From IMG/VR virus record IMGVR_UViG_3300017764_000001: 64,000 nt of DNA; one strand, written 5' to 3'. Origin of the DNA: a virus. Taxonomy: Duplodnaviria > Caudoviricetes. This document shows, one piece after another, positions 1 to 10,581 of this stretch (position 1 is the first letter of the stretch; each line of letters opens with the position of its first letter). The notes beneath the pieces were generated by a model, which was given only the letters and a program-made list of their open reading frames with translations, made no database searches and was not told the DNA's origin. Made by a program: the position numbers and the translations under genes.

Positions 1-495
1 TTTAAAGTTAGCACTTCATTATCAGAAAATACCGACGATTATGCAGGAGTAAAAATTACACAAGATCTTGGTGATGGTAAGGGAATAGCTAGAGGATACA
101 TTGCATCATATGATATAGATACAAGAATAGTGAAGTATTTTCAGGATAGATCATTATTTTTTGCTTCCGCAACTGGTGGCACAGGAGGTGGTGATAGTCA
201 TCTTGATACAATTGATGTTTCTGAAAGATCTAAAGTTTTAAAATTTGAAGGAACTAATGATATAACAATCAATGCTCCTGGTAATATACAAACAAGAAAT
301 ATTGACACTTCATTAACTGGAATTACATCAACTGTTAATAATAAAATTATTAATCTTGGAGTTGAATATGCAAATGGGGTTGCTGAACCAGAGATAAATA
401 AAAAGACGGGAGACATAATTTACATCACAAATCGATCTGCTGTTCAGAGAGATTTGAGACAAAAAGAAGACATTAAAATTGTCCTTGAATTCTAA
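1..495 (+). CDS. gp8: Baseplate wedge subunit gp8, 3' part (ORF is open from position 1; start lies outside the window)
   Basis: Frame is open from base 1 to TAA at 495. The C-terminus IIYITNRSAVQRDLRQKEDIKIVLEF resembles the cyanomyovirus gp8 C-terminus, and the gene sits upstream of the large virion protein. Confidence 0.75.
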   Translation, partial: FKVSTSLSENTDDYAGVKITQDLGDGKGIARGYIASYDIDTRIVKYFQDRSLFFASATGGTGGGDSHLDTIDVSERSKVLKFEGTNDITINAPGNIQTRNIDTSLTGITSTVNNKIINLGVEYANGVAEPEINKKTGDIIYITNRSAVQRDLRQKEDIKIVLEF

Positions 496-504
496 TAAAA
501 AAAG

Positions 505-3500
505 ATGGCACAAAAAACTAACTTAAATATAAATCCATATTATGATGATTTTGATTCTGCAAAGAATTATCAAAAAGTTTTATATAAACCAGGATTTCCA
601 GTACAGGCAAGAGAACTAACAACTTCTCAATCAATTCTCCAAAATCAATTAGAATCTTTTGGCACTAATATATTCAAGGATGGATCAATTGTTGTTCCAG
701 GATCTATTGCATATGATAATAATTATTATTCGGTTAAATTAAAACCGTCTAATTTTGGTATTGATATATCTCTTTATATAAAGAATTTCATAGGAAAAAA
801 AATAATAGGACAGACTTCTGGTGTAGAAGGTAAAGTAAGATTTGTTCTTTTACCAGAGGAGGATAGTAGAGTAGATGATGTCACAATATATGTGAGTTAT
901 GATACCAGTGGAAATGATTTTAGTCAAACATTTTTTGCTGATGGTGAAGAAATTATTTGTACTGAAAATATTACATATGGTCTTACAACCATTAATGCAG
1001 GAGAAGTTTTTGCATCTTTATCCACGTCAGATGCAACTTCTATTGGCAGTGCCGCATTTATAACAAAAGGTGTGTATTTTGTTAGAGGATACTTTGTAAA
1101 CGTCAGTGAGCAAAAAATAGTATTAGATCCTTATACAAATAATTCTTCTTATAGAGTTGGATTAAAAGTTGATGAAAATATCATTACAGCAAAAGATGAT
1201 GAAACTTTATTCGACAATGCAAAAGGTTTTAGTAATTTTGCAGCACCAGGTGCTGATCGATTCCAAATTTTATTAACTCTTATAAAAAAAGATATAACTG
1301 ACGGTGATGATACCGACTTTATCGAATTAATGCGTATCGATAGAGGCCAAATTAAAAAAATTCAAACAAAGAGTGAATATAATAAAATCAGAGATTATAT
1401 TGCTGATAGAACGTTTGATGAATCGGGTAATTATGCTGTCAATCCATTTACCGTTTCTGTATTTAACTCATTAAATAATGGATTAGGTAATGGTGGATTA
1501 TATTACCCACAAGAACTTACAGAACAACAAAATACTCCAGATGATGATTTGATGTGTGTCAAAATATCAAGTGGTAGAGCATATGTTGGTGGATATGATG
1601 TAGATAAAATTGGAACAACTGTTTTAGATATTGAAAAACCAAGAGATGTTGGAATTCGTAGTGACATTTCTCTTGGATATGAGTTGGGTAATATACTTAA
1701 AGTAAATACAGTTTCTGGTTTACCTGGACAAGCATCAGTTATACAAATATATAATAATTTTAATGGAACCGGAGATATTATTGGAAGTGCTAGAGTTTAC
1801 AGTTTTAATCTTGAAGATGCAAACTATGAAAATGATGCCACAATATGGGATCTGAGACTATTTGATCTTCAAACTTACACTAGTATTACTTTAAATCAGG
1901 CTGTTAGTGATTCTGAGGTAAGAGAAGGATCTCTTATAAAGGGAAAAAATAGTGGAGCAAAGGGATTTGCTGTAGGTGCAGGTGGAAATTCTACTTCAGT
2001 TAACGTTGTTCAAACATCTGGAACCTTCCATAAAGGAGAGCAAATTGAAATAGATGGATCAAGTGATATTCCTAGAACGATTGGTGTTGCGACAGCATAT
2101 AATACACAAAACATCAAATCTGTTAAGGAAGGAAGCACATTTAGTGCTAATAGTGTTTTAGAAAGATTTGGAATTCCAAATGGAATTAGAGAGGTAACCA
2201 TTAATGATAATGTCGTCCGTGCAGGTGGAAACAAGGCATTTACAGGATTAAGAGTTGGTTCTATTGTTCGATATCAAAGAGCAGGAATTAATACGGAAAC
2301 ATATAATAAGGTTGATAGTATTGCCTCTGATGGTTTATCAATGACTCTTGCAGCTATTGCTACTGATATTCCAGGTGTTTATGATGGAAATTTACCTGGA
2401 GTTGGTACGACTATATCGACAGTAATGTTTGCTGGTGCTCCTATTGTAAGAGGTTCTGGGCAATTATTTGTACCTCTTGCCAATAGAAATGTATCTTCAG
2501 TTGATTTATCTAATTCAGAATTTAAAATGTCCAGAATTATATCTGGAGTAGATGGGTCTTCTGGACAAATTACTTTAGGTAATGCAGATATTAGTGATCT
2601 TCCTAATGCTAGTTATGAAACTTTTGATGCTGAAAGATATTCAATTGCAAACAGTAGTAATGATATTATTCCTATTACTGCAAGTACCAGAAATGCAGAT
2701 GGATCACAAATTATCCTTAATGCTGCAGCGGGTAGTGGTGCCAAAGTATCAGTATCTTTAAGTAAAAAAGGTCTTCTTAGTAAAGAAAAATCTTTCTCCA
2801 GAAGCACAAAAGTTACAGTATCCAAATCTAAAAATCAAAGTTCTGGTTCTAATAATGATGGGAATAGTTCCATTGCAAATGGATTAACATATGATAGTAA
2901 TCATATATATGGAACTAGAGTAGAAGATGAGGAAATATGTATAAATTATCCAGATGCTGTTAAACTCATAGCAGTTTTTGAATCTACAGATTCATCTGCT
3001 CCAACTTTTGATACTTTATCATTTGATAGTGCATTAGATGTTAATAATAATGCAATAGTCGGTGAAAATATAAAATCTTTGGATGGAAAAATTATATCTA
3101 GAATTGTCGGAAAAACTACAGATAAAGTAGATGTAGTGTATCTTTCGTCAAATAGATTTGATCAATTTGATGATGTAGTATTTGAAGATTCAAATATAGA
3201 GGGTGAAATTAAAGCACAAACGGAAGGGAGATATAAAGATATAACGAGTTCTTTTACTTTGGATAAAGGACAAAGAGAAGAATATTATGATTATTCTAGA
3301 ATTGTTAGAAATAGGGGGGTATCATCTCCATCTAGACAAATAACAATTGTTTTTGATCATTATGAAGTGCCTGCAGGAGATAATGGAGATGCTTTTACAG
3401 TATTAAGTTATGATCAAGATAGATTTAGAACTGATGTGCCTTCAATAGGTGTGGATCTATTCAGAGCTTCTGATACAATTGATTTTAGACCAAGAGTCCC

Positions 3501-6500
3501 TACATATGATCCAAGTAGTGCAACTGTTTCTCCATTCCATTTCTCTTCGAGAACATTTAACGATTCAACCATTACTAGATTCTTAGTTCCTGAAGAAACT
3601 TTAAGAGTTGGATATGAATTTTATTTACCCAGAATTGATAAACTTTTATTGAATAAACATGGAAAATTTGTTTATAAAAAAGGTATTTCTGCAGAATCAC
3701 CAAAATCTCCCATAACAGGAGATGATAAAATAATGGAAATAGCAACAATTAGTTTGCCCCCATTTCTTTATACACCACAAAGTGCGTTTATTTCTGAGAG
3801 AGATAATAGAAGATATACAATGAGAGATATTGGTAGACTTGATAATAGACTTACCAATTTAGAAGAAACGACATCTCTTTCTTTATTGGAATTAGATGCC
3901 AAGAGTTTGCAAATACGTGATAGTAATAATCTAGATAGATTTAAAACCGGATTTTTCGTAGATGCATTTAGAGATTATAATTTTATTAATCCAGTTCTTT
4001 CTAGTATTGATGTAAATCCAGAAGAAAATTATATCACCCCATTTTTAACAAGAGATACATTGACCATGCAGATAGCTCCTGCAAATAATATAACACCAGA
4101 ACTATTAGATTTTGCAACTGATTTTGAATTACTTGATTCTAATGTTAAAAAAACAGGAAATGCTATCACCTTAAATTATGAGGAGGTTTCTTGGATTGAA
4201 CAACCTAAAGCCACTGAAACTGAAAATGTCAATCCTTTTGAGCAACCTGCTTTATCTGGAAGTGTTGAATTAACTCCTCAAACGGATTATTGGAGTAGAA
4301 CAGAACAATTGGACGGTGGAATCACACAAGTAACAGGGAAAGACACATCAAGAAAATTAAAAAATAAAATAGATCTGGGTGAAAAAACACTTGATTTGGG
4401 TAATGTTATTACTTCTCAAACAGAGTCTACAACAACTGAAAGAATACAAGGATCTGGTAATGATACTCGTACTTCAGAAACAACTATAACAGATCTTGAT
4501 ACTATTAGTGATAGCATCAAATTAAAAGGAAAATCAAAAGATTCTGTGACTTTTAGTAATACAGATACCTGGTTCAGAAATGAATTAATTTCTTCTGGTG
4601 ATGAAGATTTTATGAGATCCAGAAATACTGAATTTAAAGGTTATGGTTTTGGGGCATTTACACAAGTATATGGATTTTTGGATTCACAAAAACCAATTAT
4701 TGTTCCAAAACTTATAGAAATATCTACATCTAAAGGTGGAGAAACTGATGGTTCTGTAGGATCTTTCACTAAAGGAGAAACTGTCCTTGTGTATGATCCT
4801 GTAGACACAAATAGAGTTATAGGAAAATTTAGATTATGTTCACCAGATCATAAAAATGGTCCTTTCGCAAATCCTACCGAAACTTATTTGTCAAATCCAT
4901 CTAGTCATGGTAACATTGAACTTGGAGAAAATTATACTTCCTCCACACCAGTAATAAATGTCGATACAAGAGCTCTTTCAGAAAGAGCACAAGGTAGTTA
5001 TTTTGGATATGTAAAGAAAAATTCCTTAATTAAAGGTGAATCAAGTGGTGCATCAGCATTTGTTAAAGGTGATATAAGATTACTTACAGATGTTTTTGGA
5101 GATATAACTGGAACTTTCTTTATTGAAGATCCATATGGTACACCACCACCTGAAATTAGATTCAGAACTGGATCTACAGAATTTACAATTACTACTAGTG
5201 AAAATAATGGTCAAGCTTTACCAGGTCAACAAATTTTTGAAGATGAAAATGGAAACAAAAAACCATTAGTAAGAGCTTCATCAACATATGAAACTGGAGG
5301 AACACTTGATCAGTGGGAAGAGCAAGAATTTATCAGACAAGATACTACAACAATTAATTCTGTAGTTAAAGTTACGGGTAGAGTTAATGCTACATTAACC
5401 ACACAAAGTCAACATACACACATTGAAGAGACAGAATATTTTGATCCTGTAGCACAAACATTTGTTGTTGGTGGTAATGTTGAAGCACCCTCTGCGGTTA
5501 ATCAAAACGATGATACTGATGGAGCATTTATAACTGCTGTTGAAGTATTTTTTGCAACTGTCGATGAATCAGAATCTGTAACATGTCAGATAAGAACTGT
5601 AACTGGTGACGACAGACCTTCAAGATTAGTTTTAGCAGAAAAAACACTAAGACCAAAAATTGCAAAAGGTGGTGTAATAGTTGATAACATATTAACCTCT
5701 GACGATGCTTCTGTGGGAACAAAATTCACTTTTGATGAACCAGTATATCTTGCACCTGGCACTGCTTATGCTGTTGTTTTAGTTGCAGCAAAATCTATAA
5801 ATTATACAGTTTGGTTAGCAAATCAGGGAGATAAAATTGTTAATCCAGAAGCTTCTAGTGCTGCACTTACCGAAAACTTTAGTGTATCTGGTAATGAAGT
5901 AGTTGAACAAGCACAGTATACAACACAATATGCATTAGGTGCTTTCTTCAGATCACAAAATGGTGGTTTGTGGACAGAGAATCAAAGACAAGATCTTACA
6001 TTTAGACTTTACAAGGCAAAATTTACTTCTCAGACCGGAAGTGCATTATTTAACAATCCAGAATTGGATGAAAGTAATGATTATGTCAAGAGATTAAATA
6101 ATAATCCTGTTAGAACATTGTCAAAAACAGGAAAAATTGGTATTACAACATCTGGTAGTTTATCTTCGACACTTGTTGCCGGAAGAAAGATTGCATCTCC
6201 AGACACAAATAAAGTTGGAAGTGCCGTAATTACTGGTTCTGGAGGAGAAGCAACAACTCCATCGGTTGTGTCTGGACTAGGTGGAAAAAATTATGTTACT
6301 GATAGTGAAGTGGAAACTTTCACCATTGCAGGAAAAGGAACAGGATTAAAATTAAATATCTCTTCCGTAGATTCCAATGGTGCAATTACCGGAGTCTCTG
6401 TTGTAGCAGATTCTGAGGGTTTTGGATATCAAGTCGGTGATGTGGTTGGTATTGTGACAAGTACAGTTACTGGTGCCACCGGATCTGGAGCACAGATAAA

Positions 6501-8031
6501 AATTGGAGGAGTTAATCAACGTAATATGATATTTGTAGATAATATACAAGGTGATACACAGTTTTCAAATCAACTTGGACAAAATCTATTTTATTATGCT
6601 AATGATGGAACTATTACAGATGCGTCTCTGGATATTTTATCAGTGTCTTTTGATGGTGGGGTAAATAGTGGAAATTATTTAAAAGTTGATCATTTCAATC
6701 ATGGAATGTATTCTTCAACTAATAAAGTTAAGTTGATTGGTATAAAACCAAATACAAATTCAACTACAATTACTACTGATTTACTTGATACTACGACTGG
6801 TTCAGTTGCTGTTGCTTCAACTGATGGATTTGGTAACTTTGAAGGATTATCAGTTAGTGGCACTAATCCAGGATATGCCATTATCAATAATGAAATTGTC
6901 AAATATACCGCTGTCGCAACAAATGCAATAATTATTGCTTCAGATGGTAGGGGGGAAGAAAATACGAGTTCCTCTGGACATGATTCTGGTGATGTCATTA
7001 GAAAATATGAATTAAATGGAATTTCATTAAGAAGAATAAACAATGTAACTCATACAGTTTCTTCATTAGGTCTAGAACCTGATAGTTATCATGTTGAAAT
7101 TGATAGAACAAGCACTTATGGTGTTGCTAGAAATGCAGATACGGCAGATTTGTCTCAGGTGTCATTTACATCCGACGAATTTGCCGGTGGAGATAATGTA
7201 TTATCATCCGAAAATATCTTATTTAATGCGATAACTCCATCTTTTGATATTCTCACTCCTACTGGAGGAAATGAAAGTGTATTTACTAGTGCATCTGCAT
7301 CTGTAAGAACAACAACCGGAACAAGTATCAGTGGAAATGAAGGATCATTCGTTGATAGTGGTTATGAAGATATATCTATAAACAGATATAATACATTAAG
7401 AAGTGTTAGAATGGTTGCTTCTAAGGTAAATGAAGATCAGTATTTAACAAACCTACCTAGAAATAAATCTTTTTCTACTAATATAGTTTTATCATCCAAT
7501 AGTGAAAATTTATCTCCTATAATTTATTTAAATGATGGTTCAAAGGTAGAATTTATTAATCATAGATTAAATCGACCACTTGATTTGGATGGTTATAGTT
7601 CAAGTTCTATTATTAAATCAGTAAGTGAAAAAGATCCCCATGCTTCAGTATATGTTTCTCAAGATGTATTTCTTAGACAACCATCAACATCATTAAAACT
7701 TATCATTGCGGCTTATCGTCATGAGTCTTCGGACTTTAGAGTTGCTTATAAATTAATCAGAAAGGATTCAACTTCTGTAGAGCAAACGTTTGAATTATTC
7801 CCCGGATTCAAAAACTTAACTAGTAGTGGAACTGTTATTGATCCTACAAAAAATGATGGAAGACCTGATACTTTTGTTCCACCAAATTCTGATGGGGAAT
7901 TTAGTGAATATATATTTACCGCAAATGATTTAGATGAATTTGTCGGATATTCTATAAAGATAATGATGAATGGAACAAATCAGGCATATTATCCAAAGAT
8001 CAAAGATTTGAGAACCATTGCACTAGCTTGA
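505..8031 (+). CDS. Large virion structural protein (DUF4815/VrlC-like), 2508 aa
   Basis: N-terminus MAQKTNLNINPYYDDFD..YQKVLYKPGFPVQARELT and C-terminus PKIKDLRTIALA are typical of this cyanomyovirus family; the sequence is beta-rich and G/T/S-rich. Confidence 0.8.
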   Translation: MAQKTNLNINPYYDDFDSAKNYQKVLYKPGFPVQARELTTSQSILQNQLESFGTNIFKDGSIVVPGSIAYDNNYYSVKLKPSNFGIDISLYIKNFIGKKIIGQTSGVEGKVRFVLLPEEDSRVDDVTIYVSYDTSGNDFSQTFFADGEEIICTENITYGLTTINAGEVFASLSTSDATSIGSAAFITKGVYFVRGYFVNVSEQKIVLDPYTNNSSYRVGLKVDENIITAKDDETLFDNAKGFSNFAAPGADRFQILLTLIKKDITDGDDTDFIELMRIDRGQIKKIQTKSEYNKIRDYIADRTFDESGNYAVNPFTVSVFNSLNNGLGNGGLYYPQELTEQQNTPDDDLMCVKISSGRAYVGGYDVDKIGTTVLDIEKPRDVGIRSDISLGYELGNILKVNTVSGLPGQASVIQIYNNFNGTGDIIGSARVYSFNLEDANYENDATIWDLRLFDLQTYTSITLNQAVSDSEVREGSLIKGKNSGAKGFAVGAGGNSTSVNVVQTSGTFHKGEQIEIDGSSDIPRTIGVATAYNTQNIKSVKEGSTFSANSVLERFGIPNGIREVTINDNVVRAGGNKAFTGLRVGSIVRYQRAGINTETYNKVDSIASDGLSMTLAAIATDIPGVYDGNLPGVGTTISTVMFAGAPIVRGSGQLFVPLANRNVSSVDLSNSEFKMSRIISGVDGSSGQITLGNADISDLPNASYETFDAERYSIANSSNDIIPITASTRNADGSQIILNAAAGSGAKVSVSLSKKGLLSKEKSFSRSTKVTVSKSKNQSSGSNNDGNSSIANGLTYDSNHIYGTRVEDEEICINYPDAVKLIAVFESTDSSAPTFDTLSFDSALDVNNNAIVGENIKSLDGKIISRIVGKTTDKVDVVYLSSNRFDQFDDVVFEDSNIEGEIKAQTEGRYKDITSSFTLDKGQREEYYDYSRIVRNRGVSSPSRQITIVFDHYEVPAGDNGDAFTVLSYDQDRFRTDVPSIGVDLFRASDTIDFRPRVPTYDPSSATVSPFHFSSRTFNDSTITRFLVPEETLRVGYEFYLPRIDKLLLNKHGKFVYKKGISAESPKSPITGDDKIMEIATISLPPFLYTPQSAFISERDNRRYTMRDIGRLDNRLTNLEETTSLSLLELDAKSLQIRDSNNLDRFKTGFFVDAFRDYNFINPVLSSIDVNPEENYITPFLTRDTLTMQIAPANNITPELLDFATDFELLDSNVKKTGNAITLNYEEVSWIEQPKATETENVNPFEQPALSGSVELTPQTDYWSRTEQLDGGITQVTGKDTSRKLKNKIDLGEKTLDLGNVITSQTESTTTERIQGSGNDTRTSETTITDLDTISDSIKLKGKSKDSVTFSNTDTWFRNELISSGDEDFMRSRNTEFKGYGFGAFTQVYGFLDSQKPIIVPKLIEISTSKGGETDGSVGSFTKGETVLVYDPVDTNRVIGKFRLCSPDHKNGPFANPTETYLSNPSSHGNIELGENYTSSTPVINVDTRALSERAQGSYFGYVKKNSLIKGESSGASAFVKGDIRLLTDVFGDITGTFFIEDPYGTPPPEIRFRTGSTEFTITTSENNGQALPGQQIFEDENGNKKPLVRASSTYETGGTLDQWEEQEFIRQDTTTINSVVKVTGRVNATLTTQSQHTHIEETEYFDPVAQTFVVGGNVEAPSAVNQNDDTDGAFITAVEVFFATVDESESVTCQIRTVTGDDRPSRLVLAEKTLRPKIAKGGVIVDNILTSDDASVGTKFTFDEPVYLAPGTAYAVVLVAAKSINYTVWLANQGDKIVNPEASSAALTENFSVSGNEVVEQAQYTTQYALGAFFRSQNGGLWTENQRQDLTFRLYKAKFTSQTGSALFNNPELDESNDYVKRLNNNPVRTLSKTGKIGITTSGSLSSTLVAGRKIASPDTNKVGSAVITGSGGEATTPSVVSGLGGKNYVTDSEVETFTIAGKGTGLKLNISSVDSNGAITGVSVVADSEGFGYQVGDVVGIVTSTVTGATGSGAQIKIGGVNQRNMIFVDNIQGDTQFSNQLGQNLFYYANDGTITDASLDILSVSFDGGVNSGNYLKVDHFNHGMYSSTNKVKLIGIKPNTNSTTITTDLLDTTTGSVAVASTDGFGNFEGLSVSGTNPGYAIINNEIVKYTAVATNAIIIASDGRGEENTSSSGHDSGDVIRKYELNGISLRRINNVTHTVSSLGLEPDSYHVEIDRTSTYGVARNADTADLSQVSFTSDEFAGGDNVLSSENILFNAITPSFDILTPTGGNESVFTSASASVRTTTGTSISGNEGSFVDSGYEDISINRYNTLRSVRMVASKVNEDQYLTNLPRNKSFSTNIVLSSNSENLSPIIYLNDGSKVEFINHRLNRPLDLDGYSSSSIIKSVSEKDPHASVYVSQDVFLRQPSTSLKLIIAAYRHESSDFRVAYKLIRKDSTSVEQTFELFPGFKNLTSSGTVIDPTKNDGRPDTFVPPNSDGEFSEYIFTANDLDEFVGYSIKIMMNGTNQAYYPKIKDLRTIALA

Positions 8032-8032
8032 T

Positions 8033-8233
8033 ATGATTAGAGTAGAAGGACATTCAAATTTATATCGTGATGAAAAAACAGGAGCCATAGTTAATATGGA
8101 TACTGTTGGATATCAAAATTATTTGAATTCTTCTAAAATTGCTAAACAAGAAAAAAAAGATATTGATAATATGAAAAAAGATATTGAAGATATTAAAGGT
8201 GCTCTAAAGGAAATTTTGAATAGACTTACATAA
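8033..8233 (+). CDS. Small conserved hypothetical protein with C-terminal coiled coil, 66 aa
   Basis: ORF abuts the upstream stop; motif VEGHSNLYRDEKTGAIVN is followed by heptad-like repeats. Confidence 0.7.
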   Translation: MIRVEGHSNLYRDEKTGAIVNMDTVGYQNYLNSSKIAKQEKKDIDNMKKDIEDIKGALKEILNRLT

Positions 8234-8276
8234 ATACATCCCTAAATACTAATTAGATAACAATATATTGAAGTAA

Positions 8277-8624
8277 ATGGCTGCTGTATATGTTAGTAAT
8301 ATTGTAATTAACCAAGGAGCTGATTTTTCTCAAGTTTTTAATCTGGCTGATGCCTCAAATGATAGTATTGATTTAACGAATTATGCGCTCACGGCACAAA
8401 TGAGGAAACACGCTGGTAGCAGTGTAAGTCATAATCTCAATCCAACGGTAGTGCAACCACCAACAAGTGGTGGAGTTAGAATAACTCTGACTGATGTTCA
8501 AACAGCTGCATTAAAACCTGGTAGATATGTTTATGATGTTTTAATTGCAGATGATAGTGGATCTGGAACTAAAACGAGAGTTGTTGAAGGTTCTGCAATC
8601 GTCCGGGAGGGAGTAACCAGATAA
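8277..8624 (+). CDS. Virion structural protein (small beta-sandwich, baseplate-upper-protein-like), 115 aa
   Basis: Motifs IVINQGADFSQVF, LKPGRYVYDV and RVVEGSAIVREGVT; preceded by the late-promoter-like CCTAAATA. Confidence 0.65.
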   Translation: MAAVYVSNIVINQGADFSQVFNLADASNDSIDLTNYALTAQMRKHAGSSVSHNLNPTVVQPPTSGGVRITLTDVQTAALKPGRYVYDVLIADDSGSGTKTRVVEGSAIVREGVTR

Positions 8625-9742
8625 TGGCAGATATAAAAGTTCGTATTGGACAATCAGATGCTATTAAGGTAACCTCTACTGGACTCCAGAGGGGTGATAT
8701 CGCATTTAGTGTTAGTGGTGGTACTGCTAATGTAACTCAGTTAGATGTTTCTGGTCAGAGTGGTTTAAATAATTTAAGTTTAACTGGTATAGCAACTTTT
8801 AAACCAGACACCTTTGGTGCCACTGGAATTATTATTGATGGGATAAATGAGCAATTAAATATTGGAACCGGAGTAACAATTACTTCAAATTCTTTATTAA
8901 TTGGTGGTCCGGTAAGTTTTGATTCATTACTTGTTACTGGAATATCAACAATTAACTCTAGTGGTGGAATTACAACCACTGGTGGTGATTTATTTGTAGG
9001 TAGTGATTTATTTGTAAAAGATAATTTAAAAGTAGAAGGAACATCAGAACTTATTGGTGTCACTACTTTAAGAGGAGGAACAATAACTCTCGGTGATGCT
9101 GATACCGATAATATTAATGTTGGTGGTGAATTTATATCCAATTTAATTCCAAATTCAAATAACATATATTCTTTAGGATCTGCAACTAAGCAGTGGTCAG
9201 ATCTTAGAGTAGTTAGTTTAAACGTAAGTGGTTCAACATCATTAGTTGGTAATGTAACACTTCAAAATAATTTAGTTATAAATCAAAATGCATCCATTGG
9301 AGGAATAACAACATTTTCAAATATCCAAGATAATACTCTTGGAAATGTAGATAGTGGTGCTGTTCAACTTGATGGTGGATTAGGTGTTGCTAAAAATGTA
9401 ACTGTAGGTGGTGGATTATCTGTAACAGGTAATTCATTTTTTATTGGTGAGGTTACATTTTCTTCCGGAACCAATGGAACTATCAGCATTGGTGATAGTA
9501 TTGGAGATAATGTTGTATTTAATGCTGATGTAAATTCTAGTTTCATACCCAATATAAATGATACATATGATTTGGGGTCAAGTTCTCAAAAATGGAAAAA
9601 TTTATTTTTATCAAGTAATGCCGGAATAGGAAGTTTACATGTTGCCGGAGTGTCTACATATGTTGGAGTGGCAACTTTCCAAAGTAATGTATTTGTTGAT
9701 GGAACATTAACTGCCGGACTCATAGATGGAGGTTCATTCTGA
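8624..9742 (+). CDS. Fibre-like virion structural protein with internal repeats, 372 aa
   Basis: G/T/S/V-rich; two similar blocks (GDADTDNI..LIPN..YSLGSATKQW and GDSIGDNV..FIPN..YDLGSSSQKW); ends IDGGSF. Confidence 0.6.
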   Translation: MADIKVRIGQSDAIKVTSTGLQRGDIAFSVSGGTANVTQLDVSGQSGLNNLSLTGIATFKPDTFGATGIIIDGINEQLNIGTGVTITSNSLLIGGPVSFDSLLVTGISTINSSGGITTTGGDLFVGSDLFVKDNLKVEGTSELIGVTTLRGGTITLGDADTDNINVGGEFISNLIPNSNNIYSLGSATKQWSDLRVVSLNVSGSTSLVGNVTLQNNLVINQNASIGGITTFSNIQDNTLGNVDSGAVQLDGGLGVAKNVTVGGGLSVTGNSFFIGEVTFSSGTNGTISIGDSIGDNVVFNADVNSSFIPNINDTYDLGSSSQKWKNLFLSSNAGIGSLHVAGVSTYVGVATFQSNVFVDGTLTAGLIDGGSF

Positions 9743-10581
9743 TGGCAAAACCAAGTACCAGACAAGAGTTAATTGATTATTCTCTCAGGAGACTTGGTGC
9801 TCCAATATTAGAAATCAATGTTGATGATGATCAAATAGATGATTTAGTAGATGATGCCATACAATTTTATAATGAGAGACATTATGATGGTGTCGAAAGA
9901 ATGTATCTCAAATATAAAATTACCCAGGAAGATATTGATAGGGGAAGAGCAGGTGGTGCTGGTGGAGTTGGTATAGCAACAACCTCTGCTACTTCTACTA
10001 TTGTTGGATCGGCAACTACGTTTAGTTTTTACGAAAATTCAAATTATCTTCAAGTTCCAGATTCAGTAGTTGGTGTCGAAAAAATATTTAAATTTGATAC
10101 TAGTTCCATTTCTGGTGGAATGTTTAGTATTAAATATCAGTTATTTTTAAACGATTTATATTATTTCAATTCTGTTGAATTACTGCAATATTCTATGGTC
10201 AAAACTTATCTCGAAGATATTGATTTTCTTTTAACTACGGATAAGCAAGTTAGATTTAATAAAAGACAAGATAGATTGTACTTAGATTTTGACTGGAGTG
10301 CTCAAGAAAAAGATACATATTTGGTAATTGATTGTTATCGAGCACTTGATCCAGCAAACTTTAATCAAGTTTATAATGATAGTTTTGTAAAGCAATATCT
10401 TACAGCACTCATTAAGAGGCAGTGGGGTCAAAACTTAATTAAATTCAGAGGTGTTAAACTTCCAGGAGGAATTGAACTAAATGGTAGAGAAATTTATGAG
10501 GATGCTGAAAGAGAGATAGATACTCTTAGATCCAGAATGATGCAAGATTATGAATTACCACCTTACGACTTTATTGGATAA
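9742..10581 (+). CDS. gp13: Neck protein gp13
   Basis: MAKPSTRQELIDYSLRRLGAPILEINVDDDQ...KRQWGQNLIKF..LPGGIELNG; synteny with gp14 and gp15. Confidence 0.92.
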   Translation: MAKPSTRQELIDYSLRRLGAPILEINVDDDQIDDLVDDAIQFYNERHYDGVERMYLKYKITQEDIDRGRAGGAGGVGIATTSATSTIVGSATTFSFYENSNYLQVPDSVVGVEKIFKFDTSSISGGMFSIKYQLFLNDLYYFNSVELLQYSMVKTYLEDIDFLLTTDKQVRFNKRQDRLYLDFDWSAQEKDTYLVIDCYRALDPANFNQVYNDSFVKQYLTALIKRQWGQNLIKFRGVKLPGGIELNGREIYEDAEREIDTLRSRMMQDYELPPYDFIG